A stretch of DNA of 64,000 nucleotides, from contig NC_043018.1 of NCBI RefSeq assembly GCF_006345805.1, positions 3,162,001 to 3,226,000 on the forward strand, written 5' to 3'. The position numbers were made by a program, and so were the translations under genes. Positions 11,391 to 25,312 of this stretch are shown here, in pieces (position 1 is the first letter of the stretch; every line of letters starts with the position of its first letter). This stretch comes from Octopus sinensis. Taxonomy: Eukaryota. The notes under the pieces are model-generated. The model saw only the letters and a list, made by a program, of their open reading frames with translations. It did not search any database and had not been told where the DNA came from.

Positions 11391-11745
11391 GCGCAGATTA
11401 TACATCAGAGTAAAGAGGAATGCTGTCAAAAGGATTCTGTGAGAATAATTACGAGGACCACACTCCCAATAGTTTTATTGCGCAGCCTAACACCAAATTC
11501 TACGTCCCTGCGATCTGTTTGATTTTCATAACAAATGCTAGTTAATCCATGGGTGGTGTCCGGGCAGGTGCTACTACTCCGGTTCAGGGTAAACCTAGGA
11601 ACAATACAGGCTACAATAAGGTTCTACATTCCTCAGAACACTGAAATTTCTGAACGAGAGCCTCACTAGTGGATACATTTTCAAGTCGTATTTAGGAGAG
11701 TCCTACATATATCGTGGCATATATTACTAAATACATAAACACATA

Positions 11746-11921
11746 GGCGCAGGAGTGGCTGTGTGGTAAGTAGCTTGCTAACCAACCACATGGTTCCGGG
11801 TTCAGTCCCACTGCGTGGCATCTTGGGCAAGTGTCTTCTGCTATAGCCCCGGCCGACCAATGCCTTGTGAGTGGATTTGGTAGACGGAAACTGAAAGAAG
11901 CCTGTCGTATATATATATATC

Positions 11922-11961
<40 letters not shown>

Positions 11962-12178
11962 TGTGTCTGTGTTTGTTCCCCTAGCATTGCTTGACAACCA
12001 ATGCTTGTGTGTTTACGTCCCCGTCACTTAGCGGTTCGGCAAAAAGAGAGCCGATAGAATAAGTACTGGGCTTACAAAAGAATAAGTCCCGGGGTCGAGT
12101 TGCTCGACTAAAGGCGGTGCTCCGGCATGGCCGCAGTCAAATGACTGAAACAAGTAAAAGAGTAAGAGTAAAGAGAGT
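11746..12178 (+). mobile_element. tRNA-derived composite SINE, long family (GGCGCAGGAGTGGCTGTGTGG head)
   Basis: tRNA-like head with B-box GGTTCAGTCCC, internal (AT)/(GT) tract, (AAAGAGT)n tail; near-identical to 12246, 27089 and 63578 copies. Confidence 0.93.
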
Positions 12179-12245
12179 ATACATTAATAAAAGGGAACTA
12201 ACAAATCCTTACGCTCGCAATGTACATAAATACTCCCTGACAATT

Positions 12246-12478
12246 ACTCTTTTACTCTTTACTCTCTTTTACTTCTTTCAGTCATTTGACTGCGGCCATG
12301 CTGGAGCACCGGCTTTAGTCGAGCAAATCGACCCCGGGACTTATTCTTTGTAAGCCCAGTATTTATTCTATCGGTCTCTTTTGCCGAACCGCTAAGTGAC
12401 GGGGACGTAAACACACCAGCATCGGTTGTCAAGCAATGCTAGGGGGACAACCACAGACACACAAACACACACATAAAA

Positions 12479-12509
<31 letters not shown>

Positions 12510-12672
12510 CGACGGGCTTCTTTCAGTTTCCGTCTACCAAATCCACTCACAAGGCTTTGGTCGGCCCGAGGCTATAGCAGAAGACACTTGCCCAAGATGC
12601 CACGCAGTGGGACTGAACCCGGAACCATGTGGTTGGTTAGCAAGTTACTTACCACACAGCCACTCCTGCGCC
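12246..12672 (-). mobile_element. tRNA-derived composite SINE, long family
   Basis: Reverse complement of the 11746 copy; tail-to-tail arrangement. Confidence 0.93.
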
Positions 12673-13004
12673 TATCTTGTTTTTCTATCTAAATCTAATA
12701 CATTTTCTGTTCCATTCTTATGCGATTATTCAATTTCGTAATCTTTCTCGTTCCAGTAATCGCAACAGGATTATGTGCCTCTGTTTCTACGTATCTAATT
12801 AGCTTCTTACCTATCTATCACTATACCTAGATATATACCTGTCCTTATAGTTATATGTACATCCATATCAACGTATTCATTTGGGTTTGTTTAAAGCCAC
12901 TCATGTGGGTGTATATATCTATATATAAAAACATGCATATGTATGTATACATATATGTATGTGTGTGTGTATGAATGAGTGTATGTGATTCTGCGACTTT
13001 GTAC

Positions 13005-13062
<58 letters not shown>

Positions 13063-13125
13063 GCTAAATAGAATGGGAAAACAAAGCTAAGGCTGTGTGG
13101 AATTTTCAGGGCATTTAGAAAATTA

Positions 13126-13172
13126 GTCCTACGACTGTTTCTGAGATATCAGGGATATCCTTTCATCTGAGA
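13126..13172 (-). ncRNA. Degenerate hammerhead motif (family C), homologous to 55267
   Basis: Minus strand CT-CAGATGA-A-aGGATATCcctGATATCTca-GAAACAGTCGTA|GGAC; downstream flank matches the sequence 3' of the 55267 copy. Confidence 0.5.
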
Positions 13173-13223
13173 AGATGTGAAATGGTTAAATAGAAGGAAA
13201 TATTAGAGTTCAATATAACGAGG

Positions 13224-13259
<36 letters not shown>

Positions 13260-13625
13260 TGTATGCCTGTTCGTGTGTGTGTGTGTATGTGTATAAACGT
13301 GTGTGTGTGTTTGTGTATATGCATAAATATAATGTCTGTTTTTTTCTTGTCACTACCCTTATAATATAACCGTTTCGGCACCACTCAACCTCCTTAATAA
13401 ATTTTATTAAGTTGCGTTTTATATTCTCAGCGTTAGCACACATAATAATTGGCACCATTAACAATTGACGCTTACAAACTCGAATACACAAATAGAAATA
13501 TTTGCATGTGCTCCTATGTACATAGCCGACTCTGAAATATTTAATCTCACATGAGTAGGGTATGCACAATAAAGAGAACCGCAGCGAATGGTTCTCTTTA
13601 TAGTGTGTGTGTTTATATATATATA

Positions 13626-13664
<39 letters not shown>

Positions 13665-14848
13665 AACGAGAATTTAACACACCTATAATACAAGAAATAA
13701 ACAGGCATGCTCAAATGTGTGTTTGAGTACACACATGCATTTATAAGTAATTATACACACATATGCGTATACATACATATGCGTATACATACATATCCGG
13801 AACAACCCAGACATGCAGGCTTCCTCTCACAAATATATTTGTAGGCGTGTTCTTATGTGTATGTAGCTATGTTTACATGCATGTATTCATACATACACGC
13901 GTGCATAAGTGTTTATAAATGTATATATGTGCGCGTATGTATGCATGCCCGTATATATATATATATATGTGTGTATGTGTGTGGGTGTATATGTATATAA
14001 ATATATATATATATATATACCTACATATATATATATATATATATATATACATACGTATGTATATATCTAATGTGAATACATTTTCAAATGTTCCCACATA
14101 TATCCACACAAAATATATATGCATTTCTGTGTTTGTGTGCATATCTGTTTGTGTATACACACATATAAACAAAAATATACTTAGATAGGTTGATAAATGG
14201 GCAGATAGATAACGTTTTTTGAATAACTGTAATATATGTACACACACGCGCACACGTATATATATATATATATACACACGTATGTTTATATGTATGTTTG
14301 TATGTATATGGTGAGGGGGTCTTAAAAATAAATAAGGCTAAAATCGCAACGAAAATGGAAAATAGATATGACTTGATGAAAAGAAAAATATACGGAGCTG
14401 GTGTGAAAGAGGGAATAATAACGAGATTGGAATTTTGTATGGGAGGAAGAGGGAGAATGTAGGAGTATCAGACAGCGAGATTTTGGTTTAGAAATATTCC
14501 ATCTTATGATTGAACAGACGTCAGTCTGTCTCCCCTGTTTATGGATTGTTTTTCTCTCTTCTGTATTTCTTGTTGTAAGAAATTAAATTTCTTGCATGTG
14601 TGTGTATTTATATAACTGTGTAAGTTATGTTTGCTTGTATAACTCTGTTTTGTGTGTGTGTGTGTATGTGTATGTGTATGGGAAAATGTGTGTGTCAGTA
14701 CACACATGCATTTATAAATATATTATAAATGTATTACTACAAACATCTGCTTATGTTTTAACTTGACACACCCCTACTTACGAATGTGCACGCACGTACA
14801 TACACACACACACACACACATATATATATGTGTGTGTGTGTCTTATGA

Positions 14849-14891
<43 letters not shown>

Positions 14892-16484
14892 CACATATAC
14901 ATACATGTACTTGTACGTATGTGTGTACTCATACATAGATATGCCTATACATATTTATACAGATATTTGTAGCGATGTGTATACACATACAAGTGTGGGT
15001 ATCTGGTGGAGGGGGATATTGCTATAATTATCACCATTTTCAAAGCTGTTCGATGATTTGTACGTATTTATTTATCTATGCTTTTTTTTTAATATTCATT
15101 TATTTTAAATTCAGGTATTTTTTCAAGATTCTAAAAGAAGCTCTTCTAAGTTTTCAATGATTTCGCAGAATTCTAGGATTTTCTAGATTAAAACTGCCAC
15201 TCAATATACTTTGAAGAAAGATGCGAAGCTTTGGCAAGGGACGCCTTCTGCGTAAAAACCTAACTTTATTGAATCTTTCATAATATCGATTTCAAATTTT
15301 GGAACAAGAGCAAACTGTTCGACGGGAGAGGGCATGGTGATTACATCGGCTCCAGTACTCATATGACACTCTGTTTATCAAGCCCCATATGGTGAAATGC
15401 AAAGACGGACGAAATGCAGCTAAGCATTTTTGCTTGGTGTGCTAACGGTTATTCCAACTCGCTGCTTCATATCAATCGGCCATAATATTCTTGATATAAT
15501 TAGCTAAGAAAGTTTAAATGATAGAAACTATACGACGACGGAGAAAAGAGATCATTAGAGACGTAATGAATTATGTTTCAAATTAATAAAAAAATTAAGG
15601 GCCTAACGTAAACCTAATTTTAATTCAAGGAATTAATCATTGAGTCTCAATATTTTACAAAGCAATGAAAGACCTCTACGTGGTCACATGATTTTGTAGG
15701 AAGAGCATGTTGAAAGGAAAACAAATAGAAATTTCAGATATTGTATTAGTTACTGAATAAATATTCGAGAGAGTCGTGCCCGGAATGATTTTGATTGTCA
15801 ATCTGTCAGTGATTATATTGACTTTAATCATAGGTCATCTGATTGATGACCTATGATTAAACAACACAGTTAAACAACAGTTAAACAACACGAAGCAATA
15901 AATATTTATGGATTTCATGAAGTCTCGAGAGGTGTAAGACAAAGTTTAGCAAAGCATCATTTCCTTCCTCGAATGTCCAATTCATTTAACCCCAGGTCAA
16001 TCCTTTTTTAAATGTAATCCAAAATAATGCTCCTTTTTTTTCTCAGTTATGTCAACTATGTGTGAACTGCTTCAATACTTCCTTATGTAAGACAGTAAAG
16101 AATTACTGGGCGGTAATTTGGATATCTTTTCTTGTGGGATACAAAATGATACAGAAAAAAGTTCGTTGCTTTTTTTGAGACATGTGGAACAATGATTGTT
16201 AAAGAATTTCTAAAATGTCAACAACAAGAATAATAATCTAATATCGAAATATAAGATAACCTTACATGTTTTTATTGTTCTATTGCGGATGAGATATGTA
16301 ATGTTCCTGTTCAACCGTGTCTTTATTAACTTGAAAACCTCAGTTCTCTAAATTGTCAGATATTTACCAGCCATTTACTAGTCTACCAATGATAATAGGT
16401 ATGAATGCAAATTTATAATGGGACTAGAGATGGATTATGTATGTATGTATGTATGTATGTATGTATGTATGTATGTATGTATGT

Positions 16485-17015
16485 ATAACATATAACCCAG
16501 TACAACCTGTTGCATGGTCGGGTCGTCGGCGACTAAACCGGCAACCCCACCAAGATTGCTTGGTGAGGAGGGTGTTTATTGGACACCCTGCGGGATGAAA
16601 AACAAAACCCGTCAAAGGGCGGAGGAACTCTTGAGAGTCAATGGCGATCCAATAAATGTCTTAAGGCTGTATCATGCGCGGAGACATAGAAATAATTGGA
16701 CAGAATACATGATCGCGCGGTTAAACCATTGGGAGTGAAGGACTCCTAGCTTTTGTTAGGGCATCATTCTAGGAGAAGGTAACTCAGGTAACTGGGATAA
16801 CTCCGACATAAAACCTGCGGCTCAGTGGTTTCCGATGATGTTGACTTGTTCTTCTTTTCGGATTATGGCTGCTGTTGCTTAGTGAGTGGGATTGACTCAG
16901 TGCACAGCCTTTCCTCACTTTAAGAAAAATCTTCTTGCACAGGCATTGCACGATAACAACATTGATTAAGCTTCGTGCAATGGCCATACTCGATAACGAG
17001 GGGGCAGCCACCACC
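16485..17015 (+). mobile_element. Dispersed repeat resembling an RTE-type LINE 5' region, inserted in (TATG)n
   Basis: Diverged second copy at ~43200-43540(-), both beginning ATAACATATAACCCAGTA; RTE affinity inferred from motifs GGCGACTAAAC and CTAGGAGAAGG. Confidence 0.55.
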
Positions 17016-17931
17016 ATGTATGTATGTATGTATGTATGTATGTATGTATGTATGTATGTACGTATGTATGCATGTATGAATGTATGTATGTATGCATGTA
17101 TGTATGCATGCATGTATGTATGTATGTATACATGTATGTATGTATGTAACTATGTGTATTATTATTCAGTTTTATTTCAAGATGTCTTGCCAATAGAGAA
17201 AGAGGCGGTCTGTAACCTACATCTAAGTCACCTCTATTAACATTTCAACCAAATAAACAGGGTATTTGTGCATGTTAGCGTGTATAAGGACAGAATTTGG
17301 AGACTGCGCATGTGCAGATTGGTATATCTTGTTTTATGTATGTATTTTCATGCCCACGTACGAATGTATATGTGCATGTATTCATGTATGTGTGTCTATA
17401 TGAATTAGAAGGAAAGTTTTGGTGTAGCACATGCAACTTCATTGGTATCCCATGATGTAGAATTAGTCTTTCGCTGGAATTTTTTAATATCCCCATATAT
17501 TTCACATTATGGATGGCCGTAGGTAAGAAAGATAAAACATTCACTGAAAACTTCCACGATGAAATGAATGCATCTATACGTGGGAGGTGATCACTCTGAA
17601 CATCTGCTGCAAAAGTTGTTCGTCGTAAATTTTATTTATGCACAGAGAGTTAGTCCCTGGCAGGAAGGAAAAGTCACATCCGTGCTGCAAATGATTAAGT
17701 AAACAATCAGGTGATGGTATTGCTCGAAATGGAATTACAGCCACCATGTTTACATACACATACATTTACATAGACATAACCATGCCTCGGTGTATAGATG
17801 CACACACACATACACACACATGTGCATATATGTATATATATTAATATATATACGTATGCGTAAATAAGTCTGTAGGAGTTTACGTATTTATAACCGTCTA
17901 TGTATGCATATATATATATACATATATATCA

Positions 17932-18118
17932 GTCGCCATGATAATTCGTTAGCCACTACACACATTTTTTCTCTCCTTGTTTTTTTCTGTGTCCCTTTCT
18001 GTAGAAGAGCGTAGGCTCGAAATGTAAAAGACTTTTTTCTATTCCTGAGCGTTATACTAATACATCTGTTTGTTTGTACACCACATGTCTTCTTTTGTTT
18101 TTTTCATAAACTCTCCCT
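17932..18118 (+). mobile_element. Family B repeat with HHR-like motif at 17991-18032
   Basis: CTTT-CTGTAGAA-GAGCgtagGCTC-GAAATGTA-AAAGAC. Confidence 0.75.
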
Positions 18119-18122
18119 ATAT

Positions 18123-18193
<71 letters not shown>

Positions 18194-18617
18194 GTAACAG
18201 AAACACGAGGTGTAAGTGTTGTCAGTTTGTTGTGCGGCTGCGTCTTTTACGCGTAAGACAATATATTCTCATTGCCCTTGGTGTAAAAGCACCGGAAAGC
18301 AGGCCATACTAAAGTGAGACAACTCACATGAGATCCCTTTGTTTTTGGAGTTTTTTTCAAAGCAACAGAGATTGGTGTTTCTTGATTGTTGTGACTTTGC
18401 AATGCGGTTCTGAAAAAGAAAAAAACAAAAAACAGGATAAGATGTGAGCTGTCTCACTTATCTATAATCTACGTTCGGGTGTTTTTACACCAATGGCATT
18501 GAGATTACATTCTCTCACACCTAAAAAACGCAGCTACCCGAAACACTAACGACACACAACCCTTCTGTATGTGTGTTCGACTTTGTTTATATACCTCGAC
18601 CTCCTTCTAATTCATAT

Positions 18618-18657
<40 letters not shown>

Positions 18658-19963
18658 GCGCGCGTCTGAGTGCATTTATGTTTGTGTGGGTGCATGCAGA
18701 TGTGTGACTTTTCCCGGTTTTATATTTTGAATTACCAACGTAGCACGAGCCTGGAAATATTAAAATTGTAGTTTTGTATACACACCTGCATTCATGTATG
18801 CATGACCAGACGCACACATGCTTACAGGCTATAGATATCCTTGTATATATGTCCCTTGTTACATACAAAACCTCCTGCATGTTGTTCATATGTTGAAACG
18901 CCCTTTAAAAACTTGTTGCTGTAAACGCTTCAGAAAGACAGACCATACAAAGTCACATTTTTACCTTTCTTTTAATCAATCAACTTTAATTGGAACATAC
19001 TTATTTTCATCAACCGTGAAAGGATAAATGTCTGTTCGCCTTAGCTGGATTTGAACTCAGAGTTCAGGAGGTCGAAAGAAATACTGCGAATCATTCTATC
19101 CACTGTTCCAAAACCTCCGCCAATTCACGGCGCTGAAATAATGTGACGTTGTGTTGCGACCTTCATGCATTATCCAAGGACATTACTCACATAACTGTTA
19201 TAAAAATACGTTTCTAGCCCAGGTTTGTCAGAAGTTTACCTCCTATATTGCTTACGCTGGCTGTCGCCATTAAATGTTAAAATATTGTCTTTTTTTTTTA
19301 TTAACAGTATCTACTCACAGAACTGTCCAGTGAAGGGAAAACATAACATAAAATATAAGAGGAAAACACATATATTATGAGAGGTTTTTTTACTTTAATA
19401 TTGATTTTAGTTGTATTCTAGTGTTATTGTTTATATTTTCGCGTTGTTTTCTTTGTTCAGTTTTCTCTTTCAATTCCAATTTTGTCTTGTTTTGTTTTTA
19501 ATGTACGCTAGAAATATTTATTACTTTGAAAGTGATAAAAGCTATATTATAAAATGCTATATCATATGTTTTTATGTATCGATCTCTTTAAAGATAAATA
19601 CAAGCCGAGATCTTTCCTGCGACCTCCTTTTTTTCGATTCTCTCATATAAGTATTACTTCAGTTGTCTTACTTCGATAACGCTTAAGTGAAAGATGTTAA
19701 GGTCGAAAGGTCTCCTGGTCTTATATCTAGTCGTAGTTTAAAAATAAAAATAAAAACAGAGAAAATTTGAAAAATCGGCCTTCTGCCTTCTCAAAGGAGA
19801 AATAGGTGAAATAGCGTAAAATACATTTTATCACGTTACATGACTTTTGATATAGAATGATATACGAGAGGTTTGGATGACTAACACCAGGAAATCGCAT
19901 CATATGTGCAGGCATGCTTTGCGATTTCTTAACTACGTGATCTCGTGTTCAATATTAACGCAT

Positions 19964-19998
<35 letters not shown>

Positions 19999-20032
19999 TA
20001 TTTAGTTATTTATTTATTTATTTTATAGAAGG

Positions 20033-20083
20033 AGCTTCTACAGGACTAGAACTGTTTCATTCAGATGAAATCTTCAGGAAGCT
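20033..20083 (-). ncRNA. Small type I hammerhead ribozyme
   Basis: AGCTTC-CTGAAGA-tTTCatctGAAt-GAA-ACAGttctagtcCTGT-A|GAAGCT: 6-bp stem I, 4-bp stem III, canonical core. Confidence 0.78.
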
Positions 20084-20422
20084 GGCTTTCAAAATATGTT
20101 CTGGTATTTATGCATTTAAGCAGATTTAATGGAGTGTTATAACAAACTGCCTACCTCTTCTTGACCACCAAAAAGGAATTGTCTTCTAATTTACCTAAAA
20201 TCCCATGTCATATATCTGTTTCTATTCATTTATTCTATTTATTCCTTTATTTATTTTCTCACTGATTCTTCTCATTTCAAAAAACACTCTGACTACTCCC
20301 CTAAGAACAATAGCTTGTGCCCTGTTTATCTCCTAAATACCAAACTACCCCAAAAACGTCCCCCACCACCACTCCATTAAATCTGCCTAAATGCATAAAT
20401 ACCAGAACTTATTTTGACAGCC

Positions 20423-20473
20423 AGCTTCCTGAAGATTTCATCTGAATGAAACAGTTCTAGTCCTGTAGAAGCT
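20423..20473 (+). ncRNA. Small type I hammerhead ribozyme
   Basis: Identical to the minus-strand copy; predicted cleavage after 20467. Confidence 0.78.
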
Positions 20474-21437
20474 CCTTCTATAAAATAAATTACTTTACTC
20501 TGCTATGTATTGAGTACCTTATTTACTGTGGTTAACCCCGACTCAACCTGGGACCTACATATATATATATAATATATATATATATATATAAACTTTCTGT
20601 TTCTTCCTTTCTGGGTCGATAAAATAAGTACCAGTTGAGAACTGCTGCCATTGTAATCGACTTACCTACTCCTTCAAAATTTCTGGCCTTGTGCCAAAAT
20701 TTGAAAGCAATATTTCGGCATCTGTTGTGAAGTCCACGATTCAATAACGAATTTAGAAAGAGTCTAAAGCATGTTTTAAATTATTTCCTAAACTCTCAGG
20801 ACGCTTATGTTTAGAACTCCCATGAGTTCCAGGATTCATAAATCTGGTGCTCAACCCGGTCTTCATGGAGTCTCGGTCACTAATTTTCTAACATCCATCC
20901 CTAAACGAGAAGCCAGCTGTCGCAGGGGTTAACTTCAAGTCATTCCTTTAAGGTGGAGTAAACTGGAGCAACGCGATATGAAAAGTTTTGCTCAAGAATA
21001 TGATGCTTTGACCACTCTGGAGATTAAACGTATGACCGTAAGAGTGTGGGTACCACGCATTAACCCCTTAGCAAATATATATGATAAAAACTGGCTAATT
21101 TTATTTTATTTGTCATGTCTATGATCACAACTGTTTCTTTGCCTCTCTTTCAAAGGCAACGAATTGTCAAAAAATAGAACGGTGAAAATAATGCTAAGCG
21201 TTATGATTTTTTTTTCCCTAGATCTCGCTGGGGTCAATTCTTCCTTTCGGCGTGGATAAAATATTTTGTGAGTTAAGTATTGTAGCCGACGGTATCAAAT
21301 TATCCTTTCCCTGAAATATTGTTGGCCTATTTTGATTAAATTTCAAGCGTTTTTGTTTTGTTTTGGTTTGGTTTGGTTTACGGTTTAGTTTTTCACTTAC
21401 TGTATATATAAATATGTATAAACAGGTTATATAAAAA

Positions 21438-21827
21438 ATATATAAAAGTGAAGTTGTGTGTCTGTCTCCTACGATTTAGATTCCTAACTATTCCCACATT
21501 TTGCGGTGCAGTTTAACCAAAAGCGGGTATCTTATAGTCGTGATTCATATCGAGCCCTTCTGGGTATTAGCGCGCGTCTACGATGAGTCTACGATTTTAG
21601 AAAAAATTACCATAATTTTTTTTCCATTTTAATGCATTTTTTTGGCTATTATATAAGCGAAGTAACTCTCTAAAAATGTCTACGATGAGTCAACGATTTA
21701 AAAAAAATTACCATCATTTTTTTTCATTTTTAATGCATTTTTTTGCTATTTTTTTGCTATAACTCTCAAAAATGCTTATATAGTTATTTCCCTTACAAAC
21801 CCGAGCAACGCCGGGCGATGCTGCTAG
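21438..21827 (+). mobile_element. Non-autonomous Helitron
   Basis: 3' end CCCGagcaacgcCGGG hairpin (21800-21815) followed by CTAG|T (21824-28); internal tandem duplication; shares ~110 bp of 3' end with the 42714 copy. Confidence 0.8.
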
Positions 21828-23689
21828 TAAAAAATATAATAACTTACTGTATATATGAAAATATACTGCTATATTTTTATTGGATCTTGCATCAATGTTA
21901 CGTTACCTGATTCTGTCTCATTCCGGTGCAAATAATTCAAATAGAAATCACACACTGACGCCAATATAAACGACTGCTTTACAATTTTTCATTGTTGATT
22001 TATTGTCATAAAACCCGGGATGTATATTTGCGTAGGATTGTCAGGGCATTGTATATAAAGTGATGCAACACATTTATGTAAATATGGAGCACAAAACACA
22101 AAGAATGATTTTCACTTAACGCAATAACAAGACAGAATACATACAACGTAACATGTAGGTGCATTTCCCATATGCCAGAAATAACAGCTTGATTTTTCTC
22201 AAATGACACCCTGCTGCCTTAAAACAAGGAAACATTGCACACTGCATTGCAGTGGGGCGAGATATTATTATGACTTGAAATACCCACATTTCTGAATAAT
22301 GTGTTCGCTCTGTGTTAGTAGAATAGAATGAGGTTAGAGTGAGGTGTGATTTCGGAGTTGCACACAGAAGTTTGTATGGAATCCACAGTTACCCATACAA
22401 CACAAAATAATATAATCTTGCTCACTGAGGACTCCATGGCACTTCGTCGGTTACGACGATGATGGTTCCAGTTTATTCAATCAACGGGACAGCCTGCTCG
22501 TGAAATTAACACGCGTATCCTTAATGTAGTTCTCAGAGAGGCCTGGTCTCTTGATATTAAGGCAACATGCATCATACCGATGATGACGACTCAAATTTAA
22601 TGAACAGAAATTTAATAAAGAAGTTTCTTGTTGACTTTAATCATATCAATTTCCTTTGGTACAAAATCCTATTCTACCACCTACGTTAGTTTTGTATTTC
22701 TTCCTTTAGAGGGATGAGTATGTCCTTGGGTTGCAGTTTTCAATCAACAGTTAAGTACGAGGCACTCATATCTGTTGCTTCAGGAATTCTTGTCTCCCAC
22801 TTGGGTGCGAGTCATATAGTAATTTACTATTTACAAGGAATAGTCGTCGTAAATTCGGGCGTATTGCTGTCCAATTGTTATTTTTATGTCACTTTTCAAT
22901 CTAGAGCTAAACAGATTTTCTGACGGTCCAGTGGCCATTACGTCTTTTGTATATATATATATATGCATGTCTACACTGATCGAAGAATTCTATTTTCTTA
23001 ATATTGTAATGCGTGCCATTAGAAGAAAATTTGGCTACTATTCCGATCAGGTCAAAAGGCTGTTGGAGACCCATTCTGTTGATGTACTTTTTTTTCATGT
23101 TATTGTTGTTGCTGCTGCTGGTTTTAAGTGTTGCTTTTTCGTCTCATATCAGATTAACGACTGTAACAAGTAGTTCTCTGACAATAGCCATTCGAGTTTT
23201 CCCTGTTTTTTGGAATAGTGAAAAATAAACATCATATTCAAACGTTCGAAGATAGTCTTTAGAAGACGGTCGGGTTTAGTTCGAGTGAAATATCGGTTGC
23301 TATATCTAGCGGCTTAGCATCTCTTGCCACCACGTAGATGAGTTTTGACTCCTAACCTCATTTGGAGATCCTGGTGATGCAAACATAGCCAGAGCATTGC
23401 AACATTATTGCTCTCGGTATCTATTATACACAGAGGTACTGTAACACATTAATTCAGCACAAGGAGTATCTATATTCTGGGTGGGCTGTAAGACTTTTAT
23501 AAATGCAACATTAGACTTTATAAAATCAATATTAATTCTTTAGCTTTCTGAGGAATGATCTTTCATAATTTTAATATCTTGAAGCGTGAGTCTTTAAAAT
23601 GTGTGGGGCGGAATTTATGTATATTTTCCCTATTTTTTTAGATATTGTTTTGAAAATTTACCATGCAAAATATCTTTTATCTTTTACTT

Positions 23690-24069
23690 GATCCAGTCAT
23701 TAAACTGCGGCCATACTGGTGTACCGCCTTGAAGAACTTTTAGTTGAAGGAATTGACCCCAGCACTTATTTTTTTTTATTTTTAAGCCATCTACTTATTC
23801 TATCGGTCTCTTATACTGAACCGCATATTCAAGGGAACGTAAGCAAACAATACCAGTTGTTAAGTGTTGGGTGTTTGACAAACACAAGCACAAAAGCAGA
23901 TACACATATACATATATAGAAATACAACGGGCTTCTGTCAGTTTTCGTTTGCTTTGCTTGGCCGGAGGCTATAGTAGAAGACCTTGCTCTAGGCACCACT
24001 AACTGTGACTGAACCTCGAACCATATGGTTGGGATGCAAGCTTCTTACTACACAACCAGACTTGCACCT
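23690..24069 (-). mobile_element. Diverged long-family SINE
   Basis: Degenerate homology to the 11746 SINE across head, body and tail. Confidence 0.8.
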
Positions 24070-24110
24070 TAACAATTTTAATTTGTTTCACTTCCAGTTT
24101 GCACAAATTA

Positions 24111-25312
24111 TAGGGTGCGTCGTAAAAAATTCCCGATTATTTAAATAAGTTTCTAATAAATTTAGTTTGAAACTGCACAAATATAATTAAATGCGCTCCT
24201 CGAATTTTCGATTGTTCATATACACTCCATTGTTTGTTTACATTCAGTGAATAAAATGTTTCAAAATGGCCGCTAAAAAGCTAAGTAGCGTTGAAAAAAA
24301 AAAAGAAGGACGTAACACCAAAGAAGTGGATCTAAGGATTGGCGTTGATCCCATTGCCGGTCGAAAACGATCCATAAGGACGAAACAATTGGTGGATGAC
24401 TTCCAAGAAAAGGTGTCGCGAAATCCACGGCGAATCATTAGACAAATGGCAAAGTCTCAATATCTCCCTGGCAACCATGCGACAGGTTGTGTATGAAGGC
24501 TTAAATTGTATGTCATTAAAATTTCAACATCGACACATAATTTCAGCTGCGTCCTTAAAATAGGGACTGGACAGATGCAAGAAAGTGGCGGAGGAGATTC
24601 AGAGCACCGATGACAATGTTTTCATCTAGTCGGGCGAAAAGATATTCACCGCCGAGGCTGTAGCGAACACCTGGAGTGATACGATTCGGGGCAAGAGGAC
24701 GGACGCTGTTGCCAACAGCGCTCGTAAGGTGTTTTGCCGAATGAAACCCGACGGGGTTTGAGCGGCAGTGTCATCCATTGGTGGAAAATCTCCTCTACTG
24801 TCCATTAAAGAGAGGAGTCGGCATTTTACATGAATATGTTGGAGGATAATGTTTTGCCATGGATGACCTAAGCATTTCGAGCTAAGTATGTGCTCTCGTA
24901 AGACGGCGCTCTTTCTCATACGTCCAACGTGAAACAGCAGTGGTGCAGGAGCTATTTCAACGAGTTCTGGGACAAAATGTGTGACCACGCTCCAACCCAA
25001 GCGTCAACCCTTTAGACTTCCCTATTTGTTTTAAGCTACAAAAAAGCGCTTGAAAGGGTTCCTACAAAAATATCACTGCCTTACTAGCATAATGGGATCG
25101 TTTAATCGAAGACCTTATACGGCGTTCGTGTGACTATATTCTCGACTATCTTTAGGCGATTTTCAAGGCAAGAGGCAGACATATTGAATGAAGCATATCT
25201 TAAAAGGTTACATGACCGTATTTAATTCAATCCTAAAGGACTTGTGTGTTTTATGCTCTTTACTAAAACTTATGACTAAAAATCAATCGCGAATTCTTTA
25301 CGGCGGCCCCTG
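24111..25312 (+). mobile_element. Decayed Tc1/mariner DD37D (maT-like) transposon, full length
   Basis: Imperfect TIRs TAGGGTGCGTCGTAAAAAATTCCCGAT / rc CAGGGGCCGCCGTAAAGAATTCGCGAT; TA at 24109-10 and 25313-14; relic motifs FI*SGEKIFT, *DGALSHTSNVKQQWCRSYFNEFWDK and NPLDF. Spacing is consistent with DD37D after frameshift repair. Confidence 0.88.

Larger units (their letters stand above)
20016..20490. mobile_element. Inverted-arm element (~120-bp arms, ~235-bp centre) with an intact hammerhead in each arm
   Basis: ~20016-20136 is the reverse complement of 20370-~20490. Confidence 0.9.
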
